Below are positions 53,537-62,912 of a stretch of 64,000 bases of DNA, one piece after another; within the stretch, counting starts at the first letter, position 1, and each line of letters opens with the position of its first letter. Where the stretch lies: contig CAJTNC010000016.1 in the NCBI GenBank assembly GCA_910577955.1, forward strand, positions 6,995 to 70,994, in the 5' to 3' direction. The position numbers and the translations under genes are program-made. The notes under the pieces were generated by a model, which searched no databases, was not told the origin of the DNA, and worked only from the letters and a program-made list of their open reading frames with translations. The DNA is from an uncultured Lachnospiraceae bacterium (GTDB taxonomy: Bacteria > Bacillota > Clostridia > Lachnospirales > Lachnospiraceae).

Positions 53537-54709
53537 CTAGAAATCGTAGTCGTGGAACTTGTTGAGGGCATCTAAGAATCTGTCCGCAAGGAGGGCATGT
53601 CCTTTTTCATTCAATGCAATATGGTCTTCCAGATACTGCGGCGCGATCTCTTCATATATACTGCCGTAAAAATTATCCACGAAAGAGACGTTATTCTCAA
53701 TACAGGTCACCGACTGCATTCCAACATAAAAGTTGAGGGGTTCTTCTAAAACATTCCGCTCAAAAGAGGAGGAATAGTTTCCGTTTTTATCCACCGCGTA
53801 AGCGTAGGTCGGGGACATGACGATGATGCGGGTATCCGGCAGCAGTTCTTTGACCAGATCGATTCCGGCGTTGAGGGCGCCGCAAAATGTGGTAGGATCG
53901 TTTTCATTCTCCTCATCTTTCACAACCCGCTGTTCCAGATAATCCGATCCGTCATAGTAAATACACAGTACGTCCAGCTCACTGTAGTCGATAGACTGCA
54001 GCAGATCGGTGGACTCTTTCACATCTGCCGGAAGGCCGCCTAGATCTTTCTCGGCCCAAGACAGAGTGTCGGTATTTCCGAAAGTGAAAAGTGTGCACAA
54101 ATAATAGAAAGAGAATGCATCGTAGGGATAGCTGTTCTTATAAGTCGGGTTTTGTGCGGTCATATAGGAATCGGAAATAGCGCAGTTGTAGACTGTGGCG
54201 CCGGTCTTTTCCCGTACGATATTTGCAAGGTTGGTGCCGGACTCTTTATTTTCCGCGAGAGAGCCGTTTCCCACAAACAAGATCCGCAGATCGTCGTCTT
54301 TTTCCTTTTTAGCGCCGCTGGTGGCATCCAAAGGCACGATGGAATCTAATGCTTCCGTATCAAAAGAAAGCGTTGTGTCGTTTTCCAGCTCTGAATTTTG
54401 ATGCTGACGCTTGTCCCAGAAGATCAGTTTAAACGCGATGACGCCAAAAACGAGAGCGATCAGGATAAGAAGTATCGCGTGAAAGTTGATGCCGCCTTTT
54501 TTCTTTTTCTTGGGGGGAGCCTTTTTGGGAGAACGGCCCTGAGGAGCAGCTTTTTTCGGGCCGCGCGCCGATTCACGAACTGCTTCTTCTTCCGTCTCCC
54601 AGTCTTCTTCCGCCATGAATTCTTCTGAGATATCCGTTTCCAGATCGATCCATTCCGGTTCTATGGAAGATTTTTTGTGGATGGATGTATTTTGTTTTTT
54701 TTCTGACAT
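53537..54709 (-). CDS. Single-pass membrane protein with a charged cytoplasmic tail and an extracytoplasmic SGNH-like domain
   Basis: The N-terminus is acidic, then Lys-rich ('KKAPPKKKKKGG'). TM 'ILLILIALVFGVIAFKLIFW'. 'ILFVGNGSL' is block I-like and 'DHIALNEKGHALLA' is block V-like. Confidence 0.6.
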   Translation of the reverse strand: MSEKKQNTSIHKKSSIEPEWIDLETDISEEFMAEEDWETEEEAVRESARGPKKAAPQGRSPKKAPPKKKKKGGINFHAILLILIALVFGVIAFKLIFWDKRQHQNSELENDTTLSFDTEALDSIVPLDATSGAKKEKDDDLRILFVGNGSLAENKESGTNLANIVREKTGATVYNCAISDSYMTAQNPTYKNSYPYDAFSFYYLCTLFTFGNTDTLSWAEKDLGGLPADVKESTDLLQSIDYSELDVLCIYYDGSDYLEQRVVKDEENENDPTTFCGALNAGIDLVKELLPDTRIIVMSPTYAYAVDKNGNYSSSFERNVLEEPLNFYVGMQSVTCIENNVSFVDNFYGSIYEEIAPQYLEDHIALNEKGHALLADRFLDALNKFHDYDF

Positions 54710-54891
54710 TTCAAAACCTCTCTGTGTTATCGTATTATGATCGTATCTATTATAGCATACTTAGATCGCAATTGCTTATACATTATGAAATATAAGCAGC
54801 ATATTTGTATTATTTATATGATTCCGCCGGAAATAAAAAAGTTTTGCAGAATGACCATAAATGATAGAACTCACGAGCAATATGTGATAGA

Positions 54892-56805
54892 ATGACCACA
54901 GAAGAAGATGGACAGATCGACGGAGAAGAGATGGAAAACAGGCAAGGCGAAGGAAGCATAACTGCATTGATCAGGAAAAATACGGCGAGATATGCCATGA
55001 TACTGGTGCTTGGAATCGTGCTTGGCATACTGCTGCTTTCGTTAGCGTATATGGTTCCGGTAAATACGGAAAACAGAGACGTTTCTTATGCGGTTTTAGA
55101 GGAGGAGGGGTGGTACCCCAGAACATCTACCGTCTCCTCGGCGGATGATTATTTTTTGTCGTTTTACCCGGATGTGCTGGACAATTCCAGCGATAAGATC
55201 ATGCTGACCATCGCAATGGATACTTCGGAGGGCCGCCCTCTGGTGAGAGCGATGGAGTCCTTCAGCGATTACGCAGGGAGTTACAGCTATTATTGGCACG
55301 GTTATGTGGCGATTCTGCGCCCGTTACTTTTCTTTTTTGATTTTTCCGAAATACGGATACTGAACAGCGCATGTCAGATATTGATTATTCTGCTGCTCGG
55401 ATGGCTGATCGGACGTGAAAAAGGGAAGGGGTATGTGCTTGCGCTTGCCACTTCTTATATTCTGATGAATCCCCGAACGGTATCGATGGGGCTGCAGTAT
55501 TCGTGGACATTTCATATCGCCTACGGCGGAACCCTTGTGCTGCTGTCAAAAAGAGGATTTTTTGAACAGAAGCAGAGGATTTTTTGTTTTTTTCTGATAG
55601 AGGGGATGCTTACAAGTTATCTGGATCTTTTGACCTGTCCGCTGCTTACTTGGGGGATCCCGCTTCTGTGGTGGATCATAACGCAAAGACAGGAAAGGGG
55701 CGCGTCAGAGTGGATAAAAACTGTGGTGCAATCGGGATGTGTCTGGATCGCGGGATACGCCGGAATGTGGGCGGCGAAATGGGCAGCAGCCACGATCATA
55801 TTGAGAAGAAACGTTATCGGGACGGCCATAGAGGAAGTCTTTCTTCGTTCCGGTGCGGCAAAGACAGGAACGGATAATCTGACTGCCCGATGGAATGCTG
55901 TCTATGTGAACTGGAGACACTACACATACAAAGTATATTTCGTCGTTCTTGCGGGGTGGCTTTTGTGGTGGATTTTCCGCAGTCTGCAGAAAAAATGGAA
56001 TAAAAGCAGCAAGCGATATGCGTTTTTTTTGATAGGAATATCCAGCCTGGTCTGGTATGTTGTGCTGTCCAATCATACCATGATACATCATCTTTTTACT
56101 TACCGTATCTTTGGCGTGAGTATACTGGCATTTATGGCACTTGCGCTGGAGAGCGTAGGAGAGACCGGTGAAAACCTGAAATTGTCAGGCGGGGGCAGGG
56201 CGGCGATGGCAGGCTTGTTTGGCGCGTTTGCGGTGTTGGCCTATATATGTAGTCTGTGGGCGAAAGAGGGGCCTTCTGTCACAAACTGCGGAGAGGATTA
56301 TCAGGTGATGCAGATGGTTAAGCAGGTGGAAATGGAAGTGACATTTCCCTGCGATACGATCATAGCGGAAATGGATCTGGGACTCCAAAGCGAGAGCGAA
56401 CAGGGACAGTATGAGGTGGAACTTTGGGAAGACGATAAGTTGAAAGCCCGGAATACACTGTACCTGAAAGACTGCAATTCCGGCAATCTCCAGAGGTTTT
56501 CGCCTTGGTGGAACCTAAAGAGCGGACGGGCTTACCGTATCACAGTGGAGTCTGTGGGGACGGATGCGCCGGTACAGGTATGGGTGGAAGAAGCGAAGGA
56601 TATGTTTCTTCCGGGATTTGAAACGGTGTCAGTGGATGGCGTGGAGAAAGAAGGGCAGATGATGATGGGGATCCGCTATATGGATAGATATCATGTGCCG
56701 GATGAGGTGCGGCTTTTTATAACGCTCTCTTGGATAGGGATATTTATGTCGGCCGCCTGTACGTTATATGGGACAAAAGTTTTGTGGAACAGGAAGAGGA
56801 TGTAA
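54892..56805 (+). CDS. Polytopic membrane protein, paralog A (unknown family) with a C-terminal beta-rich domain
   Basis: 637 aa. It is collinear with the 57622-59493 product along its length, e.g. 'EEEGWYPRTS', 'YYPDVLDN', 'YWHGYVA(I/V)LRPL', 'NHT(M/I)IHH(L/F)FT'. Confidence 0.65.
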   Translation: MTTEEDGQIDGEEMENRQGEGSITALIRKNTARYAMILVLGIVLGILLLSLAYMVPVNTENRDVSYAVLEEEGWYPRTSTVSSADDYFLSFYPDVLDNSSDKIMLTIAMDTSEGRPLVRAMESFSDYAGSYSYYWHGYVAILRPLLFFFDFSEIRILNSACQILIILLLGWLIGREKGKGYVLALATSYILMNPRTVSMGLQYSWTFHIAYGGTLVLLSKRGFFEQKQRIFCFFLIEGMLTSYLDLLTCPLLTWGIPLLWWIITQRQERGASEWIKTVVQSGCVWIAGYAGMWAAKWAAATIILRRNVIGTAIEEVFLRSGAAKTGTDNLTARWNAVYVNWRHYTYKVYFVVLAGWLLWWIFRSLQKKWNKSSKRYAFFLIGISSLVWYVVLSNHTMIHHLFTYRIFGVSILAFMALALESVGETGENLKLSGGGRAAMAGLFGAFAVLAYICSLWAKEGPSVTNCGEDYQVMQMVKQVEMEVTFPCDTIIAEMDLGLQSESEQGQYEVELWEDDKLKARNTLYLKDCNSGNLQRFSPWWNLKSGRAYRITVESVGTDAPVQVWVEEAKDMFLPGFETVSVDGVEKEGQMMMGIRYMDRYHVPDEVRLFITLSWIGIFMSAACTLYGTKVLWNRKRM

Positions 56806-56807
56806 TT

Positions 56808-57635
56808 ATGAAATTTTCCGTGATTACAGTATGCTTAAATCCGGGCGAAAAGCTGACGCTGACGTTAGAGAGCATTTTAAGGCAAAGCTGTCAGGATATG
56901 GAAGTGATCTTAAAAGACGGGGGCAGTACCGACGGCTCTGTGGAGAGGTGGCAAAGAGAAAACGGCGTCACACCGGGAGCGGAGAAGATAAAAGTTTTTA
57001 TGGAGAAAGATCGGGGGATCTACGATGCCATGAATCAGGCCGTCTCGCATGCGGCGGGTGAGTTTCTGCTGTTTTTGAACTGCGGAGATGTCTTTGCGGA
57101 CGAGAAAGTTTTGGAGCGGACGGCGGAGGCGATTGAAGCAGAAAGAATGTCGGGGACAGATACGGACAGAATTGTGTTCTACGGCGACACCTGCGGTGAA
57201 AAAAACGGCGTCATGATCGCAGCGGCGCCTAAGATCACAGGATTTACCTGTTATCGCAACATTCCCTGTCATCAGTCTTGTTTTTACAGTGCGGCGCTGT
57301 GCAGAGAAAAACCGTACGATCTGGGGTATAAGATCCGGGCCGACTATGATCATTTTTTATGGTGTTATTATGTGGGAAAAGCTAAAATGCGGCATATAGG
57401 TTTTCCGGTGGCGGCCTATGAGGGCAGAGGTTTTTCCGAGGAGAAGAAAAACAGGAAGCTCGACAAACAGGAGCATAGGCAGATCACAGCCTGTTATATG
57501 GGAAGGGTAGAGCTGCTTCGGTATCGTTTTATTATGCTGTGCACGCTTTCGCCTCTTCGCAGCATGATGGCAGAGAGCACGGCGTTTTCCGGGATGTACC
57601 ATTGGCTGAAAGAAAAAATTTATGGGCGGGTTTGA
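56808..57635 (+). CDS. GT2-family glycosyltransferase
   Basis: 'KFSVITVCLNPGEKLTLTLESILRQ', 'KDGGSTDGS', 'RGIYDAMNQA' and 'FLNCGD'. AGGAAGAGGA SD. The ATG is 3 nt after the upstream stop. Confidence 0.8.
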   Translation: MKFSVITVCLNPGEKLTLTLESILRQSCQDMEVILKDGGSTDGSVERWQRENGVTPGAEKIKVFMEKDRGIYDAMNQAVSHAAGEFLLFLNCGDVFADEKVLERTAEAIEAERMSGTDTDRIVFYGDTCGEKNGVMIAAAPKITGFTCYRNIPCHQSCFYSAALCREKPYDLGYKIRADYDHFLWCYYVGKAKMRHIGFPVAAYEGRGFSEEKKNRKLDKQEHRQITACYMGRVELLRYRFIMLCTLSPLRSMMAESTAFSGMYHWLKEKIYGRV

Positions 57636-59493
57636 GAGAATGGCATTGCAGGATAAAAGGAATACGGTCATGTTGTGGGGAAAAAATATCGGGAGAGCCT
57701 TTCTGGTTCTGGCAGCCGGCATTGCGGCAGGGACATTGCTCTTAACTTTGGCGTATATGCTTCCGGTGAATCCTGAAAACAGGGATAAAAGCTATGGCAT
57801 CATAGAAGAGGAAGGGTGGTATCCGAGAACTTCTATCGTATCTTCCGGACAGCATTTTCAGTCTTACTATCCGGATGTGTTGGACAATTTTACCGATATG
57901 ATCATGCTGTCCACCGCGCTGGATGAGTCGGAGGGGAACGCGCTGGTGAGGGCTATGGAAACCTACAGCGAGTTTGTCGGAAGTTATAATCATTATTGGC
58001 ACGGTTATGTGGCAGTTTTGCGGCCGTTATTTTTCTTTCTTGATTTTTCTGAACTCAGAACGTTGAACGGCGCCTGCCAGCTTTTGCTTGTGGCTCTTCT
58101 TATCTGGTTAGTCGGGCGTGAAAAGGGCATTAGACATATGCTGGCGCTTTTGACATCCTATATTCTCTTAAATCCCCGCACGACAGCGTTGGGACTGCAG
58201 TATACATGGGTGTTTTACGCTGCCTACGGCGGAACTTTTATTTTGCTGTTCAAAAGGAAATATTTTGCGGAAAAAGATAGGTATGTGTACTTTTTTATCG
58301 TGCTGGGGATGCTTACATGTTATCTGGATCTGCTGACCTTCCCTCTGCTTGCATGGGGTTTCCCCTTAGTCTGGTGGATCCTGATGCAGGAGGAGGATAA
58401 AAACGCGTTTGAGTGGGTGAAGGGCGTTGTGCTCTCGGGAGTTGCTTGGATCTTCGGCTACGCCGGCATCTGGGCGGCGAAGTGGGGGATTGCGACCCTT
58501 GTGCTGAGAAGAAACATTTTTGAGACCGCCGTAAAAGAGATATTTTTTTGCTCCGGCACTACAGAGACAAGGACGGGGAATCTGGCGGCGGGTTTGAACA
58601 CGATCTATGTAAATTGGAGACATTATTCCTATAATGTTTATGCAGTCATTCTTGTCTGCTGGCTTTTGTGGTGGATATTCTGCAGCCTGAGGAAAAAGTG
58701 GTGTAAGAGCAGTAAAGCGTATGCGCTATTTCTGATCGGGATATCCAGCGGAGTGTGGTACATTGTATTGTCAAATCACACCATCATACATCATTTTTTT
58801 ACGCACCGGATCTATGGGGTGAGCATAGCAGCGTTCCTCGCCCTTGTGCTTGAGAGCACGGAGCATTTTAGGGAGAGCGGGAAGCTGGGAGGAAGAGAGC
58901 GGGCGGGAGTATTTATGCTTTTGGGCGTATCTGCGGCGGCAGCATGTATCGGCGTCCTGTTTGCAAAGGAGGATATATCGGTTACGAACGGCACGGGAAG
59001 TTTCAGGCAGGTACAGATGGAAGAGAAGCTGGAAACAGAATTTGTGCCTTCTTTCAATACCGTGGCGGATATTCATTTTGGTCTGGAGTGTGAAAGCACG
59101 AAAGGGCAGTATGAGATAAAGCTGTGGGAGGGCGACAGGCTGAAATATCAGAATACGCTCCGGCTTGCGGACAGCAGGGGAGGACATTATCACGAACTTA
59201 TCACATGGTGGGTTCTGAAACACGGAGAAACTTATCTTGTGACAGTGGAGGCATCGGAAACGGAAGCTCCCGTGTTCGTGTGGCTGACGGAGGGGGATAT
59301 GATCCTTCCGGAATTGGGGGAGGCTTTTGTGGACGGCGCGGAGACAGGCGGACAGATGTTAATGGGAGCGCGCTATCTGGACAGGCACGCCGTGCCGAGG
59401 GAGCGGCAGATATTTTTGGCTCTTACTTGGATCGGGATATTTTTGGCGGCGGGCTATACGGTTTTGGGAGGAGCGAGGAAGGAAGCACAATAA
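57622..59493 (+). CDS. Polytopic membrane protein, paralog B
   Basis: 623 aa. Paralog of 54892-56805. ATG 57640 is an alternative start. Confidence 0.65.
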   Translation: MGGFERMALQDKRNTVMLWGKNIGRAFLVLAAGIAAGTLLLTLAYMLPVNPENRDKSYGIIEEEGWYPRTSIVSSGQHFQSYYPDVLDNFTDMIMLSTALDESEGNALVRAMETYSEFVGSYNHYWHGYVAVLRPLFFFLDFSELRTLNGACQLLLVALLIWLVGREKGIRHMLALLTSYILLNPRTTALGLQYTWVFYAAYGGTFILLFKRKYFAEKDRYVYFFIVLGMLTCYLDLLTFPLLAWGFPLVWWILMQEEDKNAFEWVKGVVLSGVAWIFGYAGIWAAKWGIATLVLRRNIFETAVKEIFFCSGTTETRTGNLAAGLNTIYVNWRHYSYNVYAVILVCWLLWWIFCSLRKKWCKSSKAYALFLIGISSGVWYIVLSNHTIIHHFFTHRIYGVSIAAFLALVLESTEHFRESGKLGGRERAGVFMLLGVSAAAACIGVLFAKEDISVTNGTGSFRQVQMEEKLETEFVPSFNTVADIHFGLECESTKGQYEIKLWEGDRLKYQNTLRLADSRGGHYHELITWWVLKHGETYLVTVEASETEAPVFVWLTEGDMILPELGEAFVDGAETGGQMLMGARYLDRHAVPRERQIFLALTWIGIFLAAGYTVLGGARKEAQ

Positions 59494-59540
59494 AAACTTG
59501 ATTTTATCAGCGTTTTATGCTATCCTGTCAGAGTAAACAG

Positions 59541-59662
59541 TATAGAGAAGTTCTTCGGGGCAGGGTGAAATTCCCGATTGGCGGTACAGTCCGCGAGCGC
59601 GAGCGCAGGATTTGGTGAAATTCCAAAACCAACAGTATAGTCTGGATGAAAGAAGAAACTGT
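59541..59662 (+). promoter_or_regulatory. FMN riboswitch (RFN element) aptamer
   Basis: 'CTTCGGGGCAGGGTGAAATTCCCGATTGGCGGTACAGTCCGCGAGC...GGATTTGGTGAAATTCCAAAACCAACAGTATAGTCTGGATGAAAGAAG' matches the conserved RFN core almost base for base. Confidence 0.9.
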
Positions 59663-59718
59663 AAAGAAAGGTGGTCGGATGTCTTGAGTAAAAGACGTAC
59701 CGGACATTATTTTGCAGC

Positions 59719-59751
59719 GATGCCCCGCATTGGTATGTGTGGGCTTTTTTT
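59719..59751 (+). terminator. Probable riboswitch expression-platform terminator
   Basis: GCCCCGCAT...GTGTGGGC forms an imperfect stem followed by TTTTTTT, between the aptamer and the ribU start. Confidence 0.45.
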
Positions 59752-59819
59752 ATACACACGGAAAAGAAAATCAATGCGGGAAAGAAGAACTCCTCAACAT
59801 AAGAATGGAGGAGAAAAAA

Positions 59820-60608
59820 ATGAACGGATTGTTACAAAGCATTCAAGAAAATGTGGTATTTCTACTGGAGTTTTTGGCGGTGATATGCGCGCTGTTTCTG
59901 GCGGCATACGGAGCGGAAAAGTGGGCGAAGAAAGTGTCCGGCGATACGGAGCGTGTGCTTTCGACGAGAAAAATAGCAGTGATAGGCGTTTTTTCGGCGA
60001 TCGCAGCGGTTTTAATGCTGTTTGATTTTCCGGTTCCTTTTGCGCCGCCCTTTTACAAGATGGATTTTTCGGAACTGCCGGCCTTGATCGGTACGTTCGC
60101 TTACGGACCTGTGGCGGGGGTGATGATAGAACTGTGCAAAACAGTGTTAAAGCTTCTGATGAAAGGGACAACTACTGCTTTTGTGGGTGATTTGGCCAAC
60201 TTTTTCATCGGCTGCAGTTTTTTGCTGCCGGCATCTGTCATTTACCTTCTGAAAAAGACAAGAAAGAATGCGGTTGTGGGCTGCATTGTGGGAACGACTG
60301 TGATGACGGTGGTGGGAACCGCCTTCAACGCGGTGTATCTGCTGCCTAAATTTGCTGAATTGTACGGCATGCCTTTAGATGCGATCATCGGTATGGGAAC
60401 GGCTATCAATCCGGCAATCACAAATATTTCCAGTTTTGCGATCATGGCGGTTGCGCCTTTGAATATATTGAAGGGCGTGACGGTTTCCGTTGCGACGCTG
60501 CTTGTCTACAAAAAATTGAGTCCTGTGTTGAAGGCCGGTGAGCCTATGAATGGCCGGACAAAAAGGGAAAAGACCGGTATGCGGACATTAGAAAAAAAGA
60601 GTAGTTGA
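59820..60608 (+). CDS. ribU: Riboflavin ECF-transporter S component
   Basis: 'FDFPVPFAPPFYKMDFSELPALIGTFAYGPVAGVMIE' matches the RibU family. It lies downstream of the FMN riboswitch. GGAGGAG is 7 nt before ATG 59820. Confidence 0.85.
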   Translation: MNGLLQSIQENVVFLLEFLAVICALFLAAYGAEKWAKKVSGDTERVLSTRKIAVIGVFSAIAAVLMLFDFPVPFAPPFYKMDFSELPALIGTFAYGPVAGVMIELCKTVLKLLMKGTTTAFVGDLANFFIGCSFLLPASVIYLLKKTRKNAVVGCIVGTTVMTVVGTAFNAVYLLPKFAELYGMPLDAIIGMGTAINPAITNISSFAIMAVAPLNILKGVTVSVATLLVYKKLSPVLKAGEPMNGRTKREKTGMRTLEKKSS

Positions 60609-60655
60609 AACTATGCCGCAAAGTGTTATATAATCAGAATAAGAAAGAGTCGTGA

Positions 60656-60682
60656 AAAGCGCCTGCGATGTGGGCGCTTTTT
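60656..60682 (+). terminator. Rho-independent terminator after ribU
   Basis: AAAGCGCC-9 nt loop-GGCGCTTT followed by TT; 8 bp of pairing including A-T extensions. Confidence 0.7.
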
Positions 60683-60743
60683 ACTCATATGAAAGAGGGA
60701 ACAGGCTGTCTGTTTCTGAGAGATGAAAGGAACGTAAGAACAT

Positions 60744-61223
60744 ATGGAAATGGAATTCGACGTGCAGATCACAAAAAAAGATTTATACGACTACCAGCTT
60801 CACCACGCGTATACGTCGCCGTCCGGACTCTTCGGGACGATTGTAGGGTGCCTTTTCCTTGTGGGATTTTTCAATACGGGAACGCCGCTGTACCTGCTCA
60901 TCGGCGCTTTCATTATTTTATATTTTCCGTGGACACTGCATATCAAGGCGGCTTCTCAGGCTCAGGCACCTATATTTAAGAGGCCTTTACACTACAAGCT
61001 GTCAGAGGAAGGACTGGAGATATCCGCGGAAGAGGAAAAACAGCTTGTGTCTTGGGATGACATCACGAAGGCTTCCTCCACGGGAAAAACTATTTTGCTG
61101 TATACCTCCAAAATAAACGCTTTTTTATTTCCTAAGAGAGAACTGGGAGAACGCAAAGGGGAGTTTGTGCAGGCGATCTCCCGCTATGTAGCTCCGGACA
61201 GAGTAAAGATTAAGGCGGTGTGA
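60744..61223 (+). CDS. YcxB-like small membrane protein
   Basis: 159 aa. After the N-terminal segment there are two TM helices, then a C-terminal domain ('LSEEGLEISAEEEKQLVSWDDI'). The YcxB-like layout is tentative. Confidence 0.5.
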   Translation: MEMEFDVQITKKDLYDYQLHHAYTSPSGLFGTIVGCLFLVGFFNTGTPLYLLIGAFIILYFPWTLHIKAASQAQAPIFKRPLHYKLSEEGLEISAEEEKQLVSWDDITKASSTGKTILLYTSKINAFLFPKRELGERKGEFVQAISRYVAPDRVKIKAV

Positions 61224-61245
61224 AAGCTTTGGGGAGAGATTGCGT

Positions 61246-61683
61246 ATGAAGGCAGAGACAGTTTATGAAAGCAATAGACCGGAGGATACCTTTGCAATCG
61301 GCGAAAAGCTGGGAAGGGCGGCTGCGTCCGGGCAGCTTTTTACGCTGACCGGAGATCTGGGAGTGGGAAAAACAGTGCTGACGCAGGGAATCGCAAAGGG
61401 GCTTGACATTGAGGAGGCGGTAAACAGCCCTACTTTTACGATTCTTCAGGTCTATGAAAGCGGCAGGATGCCCTTATATCATCTGGATGTGTACCGGATC
61501 GGGGATATTTCGGAAATGGATGAGATAGGCTATGAGGATTTTTTTTACGGGCAAGGATTGTGCATTATCGAGTGGGCGGAATTGGTAGAGGAACTTTTGC
61601 CTGAGAGGCGCACGGAAATTCTGATGGAAAAAGATTTGGAAAAGGGATTTGACTACCGTAGGATTACTGTGAGAGAGGTGTGA
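61246..61683 (+). CDS. tsaE: tRNA t6A37 biosynthesis ATPase TsaE
   Basis: P-loop 'LTGDLGVGKT', 'SPTFTI' and 'HLDVYR' are canonical TsaE/YjeE motifs. Confidence 0.85.
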   Translation: MKAETVYESNRPEDTFAIGEKLGRAAASGQLFTLTGDLGVGKTVLTQGIAKGLDIEEAVNSPTFTILQVYESGRMPLYHLDVYRIGDISEMDEIGYEDFFYGQGLCIIEWAELVEELLPERRTEILMEKDLEKGFDYRRITVREV

Positions 61684-61684
61684 C

Positions 61685-62440
61685 ATGAAAATACTGGCAA
61701 TCGATACTTCGGGGCAGAACGCTTCGGTAGCCGTGTGGGAAGATGGACTGACATTAGCGGAGTTTTCCATCCATGCAAAGAAGACGCATTCCCAGACGCT
61801 CTTGCCGATGCTTGAGGATGTCAGGGAGAAAATAGAACTGGATATGAAAGAGGTCGACGCCATCGCGGTGACTTCCGGACCGGGCTCCTTTACCGGATTG
61901 CGGATCGGCTCCGCCACAGCGAAAGGATTTGGTTTTGCATTAGATAAACCGGTGATTCCTGTGCCGACACTGGAAGGATTGGCTTACAACCTGTATGGGA
62001 CGGATCAGGTGGTCTGCCCGCTGATGGACGCCAGACGAAATCAGACCTATACGGGACTGTATCAGTTTGTAAGAGGCAAAGGAATGGGAAATATCTGCGA
62101 GGAATATGACATATGCGTCATAAAAGAGCAGTGTGCCGTACCGGTGGAAGAAATACTGGCCGCCTGCAATGAGCTGGGCCGAAGCGTTATGTTTTTGGGG
62201 GATGGAGTCCCGGTGTTCAGAGAACAGATAGCGGATCAAGTGACGGTGCCTTACGGCTTTGCACCCGCTCATATGAACAGGCAGCGGGCCGCAGCAGTGG
62301 CGGCTCTTGCCGCATTGTACTACAGAAAAGGGAAGATACAGACGGCGGCAGAGTATGCGCCGGAGTATCTGAGGCTCTCTCAGGCTGAGAGGGAGAGAAA
62401 GCAGCAGAGCGAAGCCGACAGGACAAAGAAGGCGGAATGA
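61685..62440 (+). CDS. tsaB: tRNA t6A37 biosynthesis protein TsaB
   Basis: 'MKILAIDTSG' and 'GPGSFTGLRIG' are canonical TsaB/YeaZ motifs. It lies between tsaE and rimI. Confidence 0.85.
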   Translation: MKILAIDTSGQNASVAVWEDGLTLAEFSIHAKKTHSQTLLPMLEDVREKIELDMKEVDAIAVTSGPGSFTGLRIGSATAKGFGFALDKPVIPVPTLEGLAYNLYGTDQVVCPLMDARRNQTYTGLYQFVRGKGMGNICEEYDICVIKEQCAVPVEEILAACNELGRSVMFLGDGVPVFREQIADQVTVPYGFAPAHMNRQRAAAVAALAALYYRKGKIQTAAEYAPEYLRLSQAERERKQQSEADRTKKAE

Positions 62441-62444
62441 GAAT

Positions 62445-62912
62445 ATGGAGGAAGAGATCAACATCCGGAGCATGACAGGGCAGGACGTATGTCGGGCAGC
62501 GGCTCTTGAGCGGGAGTGTTTTTCTGAACCTTGGTCACAGCAGGCCTATCAGGACACGTTAGCGAATGAGAATGCCCTATATCTTGTGGCGGAGGAAAAA
62601 GAAGGCGCTCTTGCGGGGGTATGCGGACTTCTTGATATTCTCGGAGAAGGGGATATCAGCAACGTGGCAGTACAGGAAGGATTTCGCAGGCGGGGGATCG
62701 CTGAACGCATGTTGTCGGAACTGCTCGCACAGGGGAGAAAACGTGGTATCACAGCGTTCACGCTGGAGGTGCGGGCCTCCAATGAGGCGGCAGTCAGACT
62801 CTATGAAAAATTGGGGTTTGTCTGTGAGGGGCGGAGGAAAAATTTCTACCAAAAGCCCAGAGAAGACGCGCTGATTTTGTGGAAGCGCGAGGAGGAAGGA
62901 ACGGATAAATGA
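62445..62912 (+). CDS. rimI: Ribosomal-protein-alanine N-acetyltransferase
   Basis: GNAT 'RRRGIAERML' and 'LEVRASNEAAVRLYEKLGF'. Conserved tsaE-tsaB-rimI order. Confidence 0.8.
   Translation: MEEEINIRSMTGQDVCRAAALERECFSEPWSQQAYQDTLANENALYLVAEEKEGALAGVCGLLDILGEGDISNVAVQEGFRRRGIAERMLSELLAQGRKRGITAFTLEVRASNEAAVRLYEKLGFVCEGRRKNFYQKPREDALILWKREEEGTDK

Noticed and set aside
53533-53553. Small hairpin ACGACTA-gaaatcg-TAGTCGT between convergent genes, considered as a possible terminator.
   Set aside because: It has only a 7-bp AT-containing stem and no T-tract on either strand, and it overlaps the stop codon of the minus-strand gene. That is too weak to call.
60605-60634. TTGAAA-18-TATAAT promoter-like match overlapping the ribU stop codon.
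   Set aside because: It would fire directly into the ribU terminator hairpin (60656-60682) before reaching the next gene. It may be a chance match in AT-rich sequence, so I did not list it as a feature.
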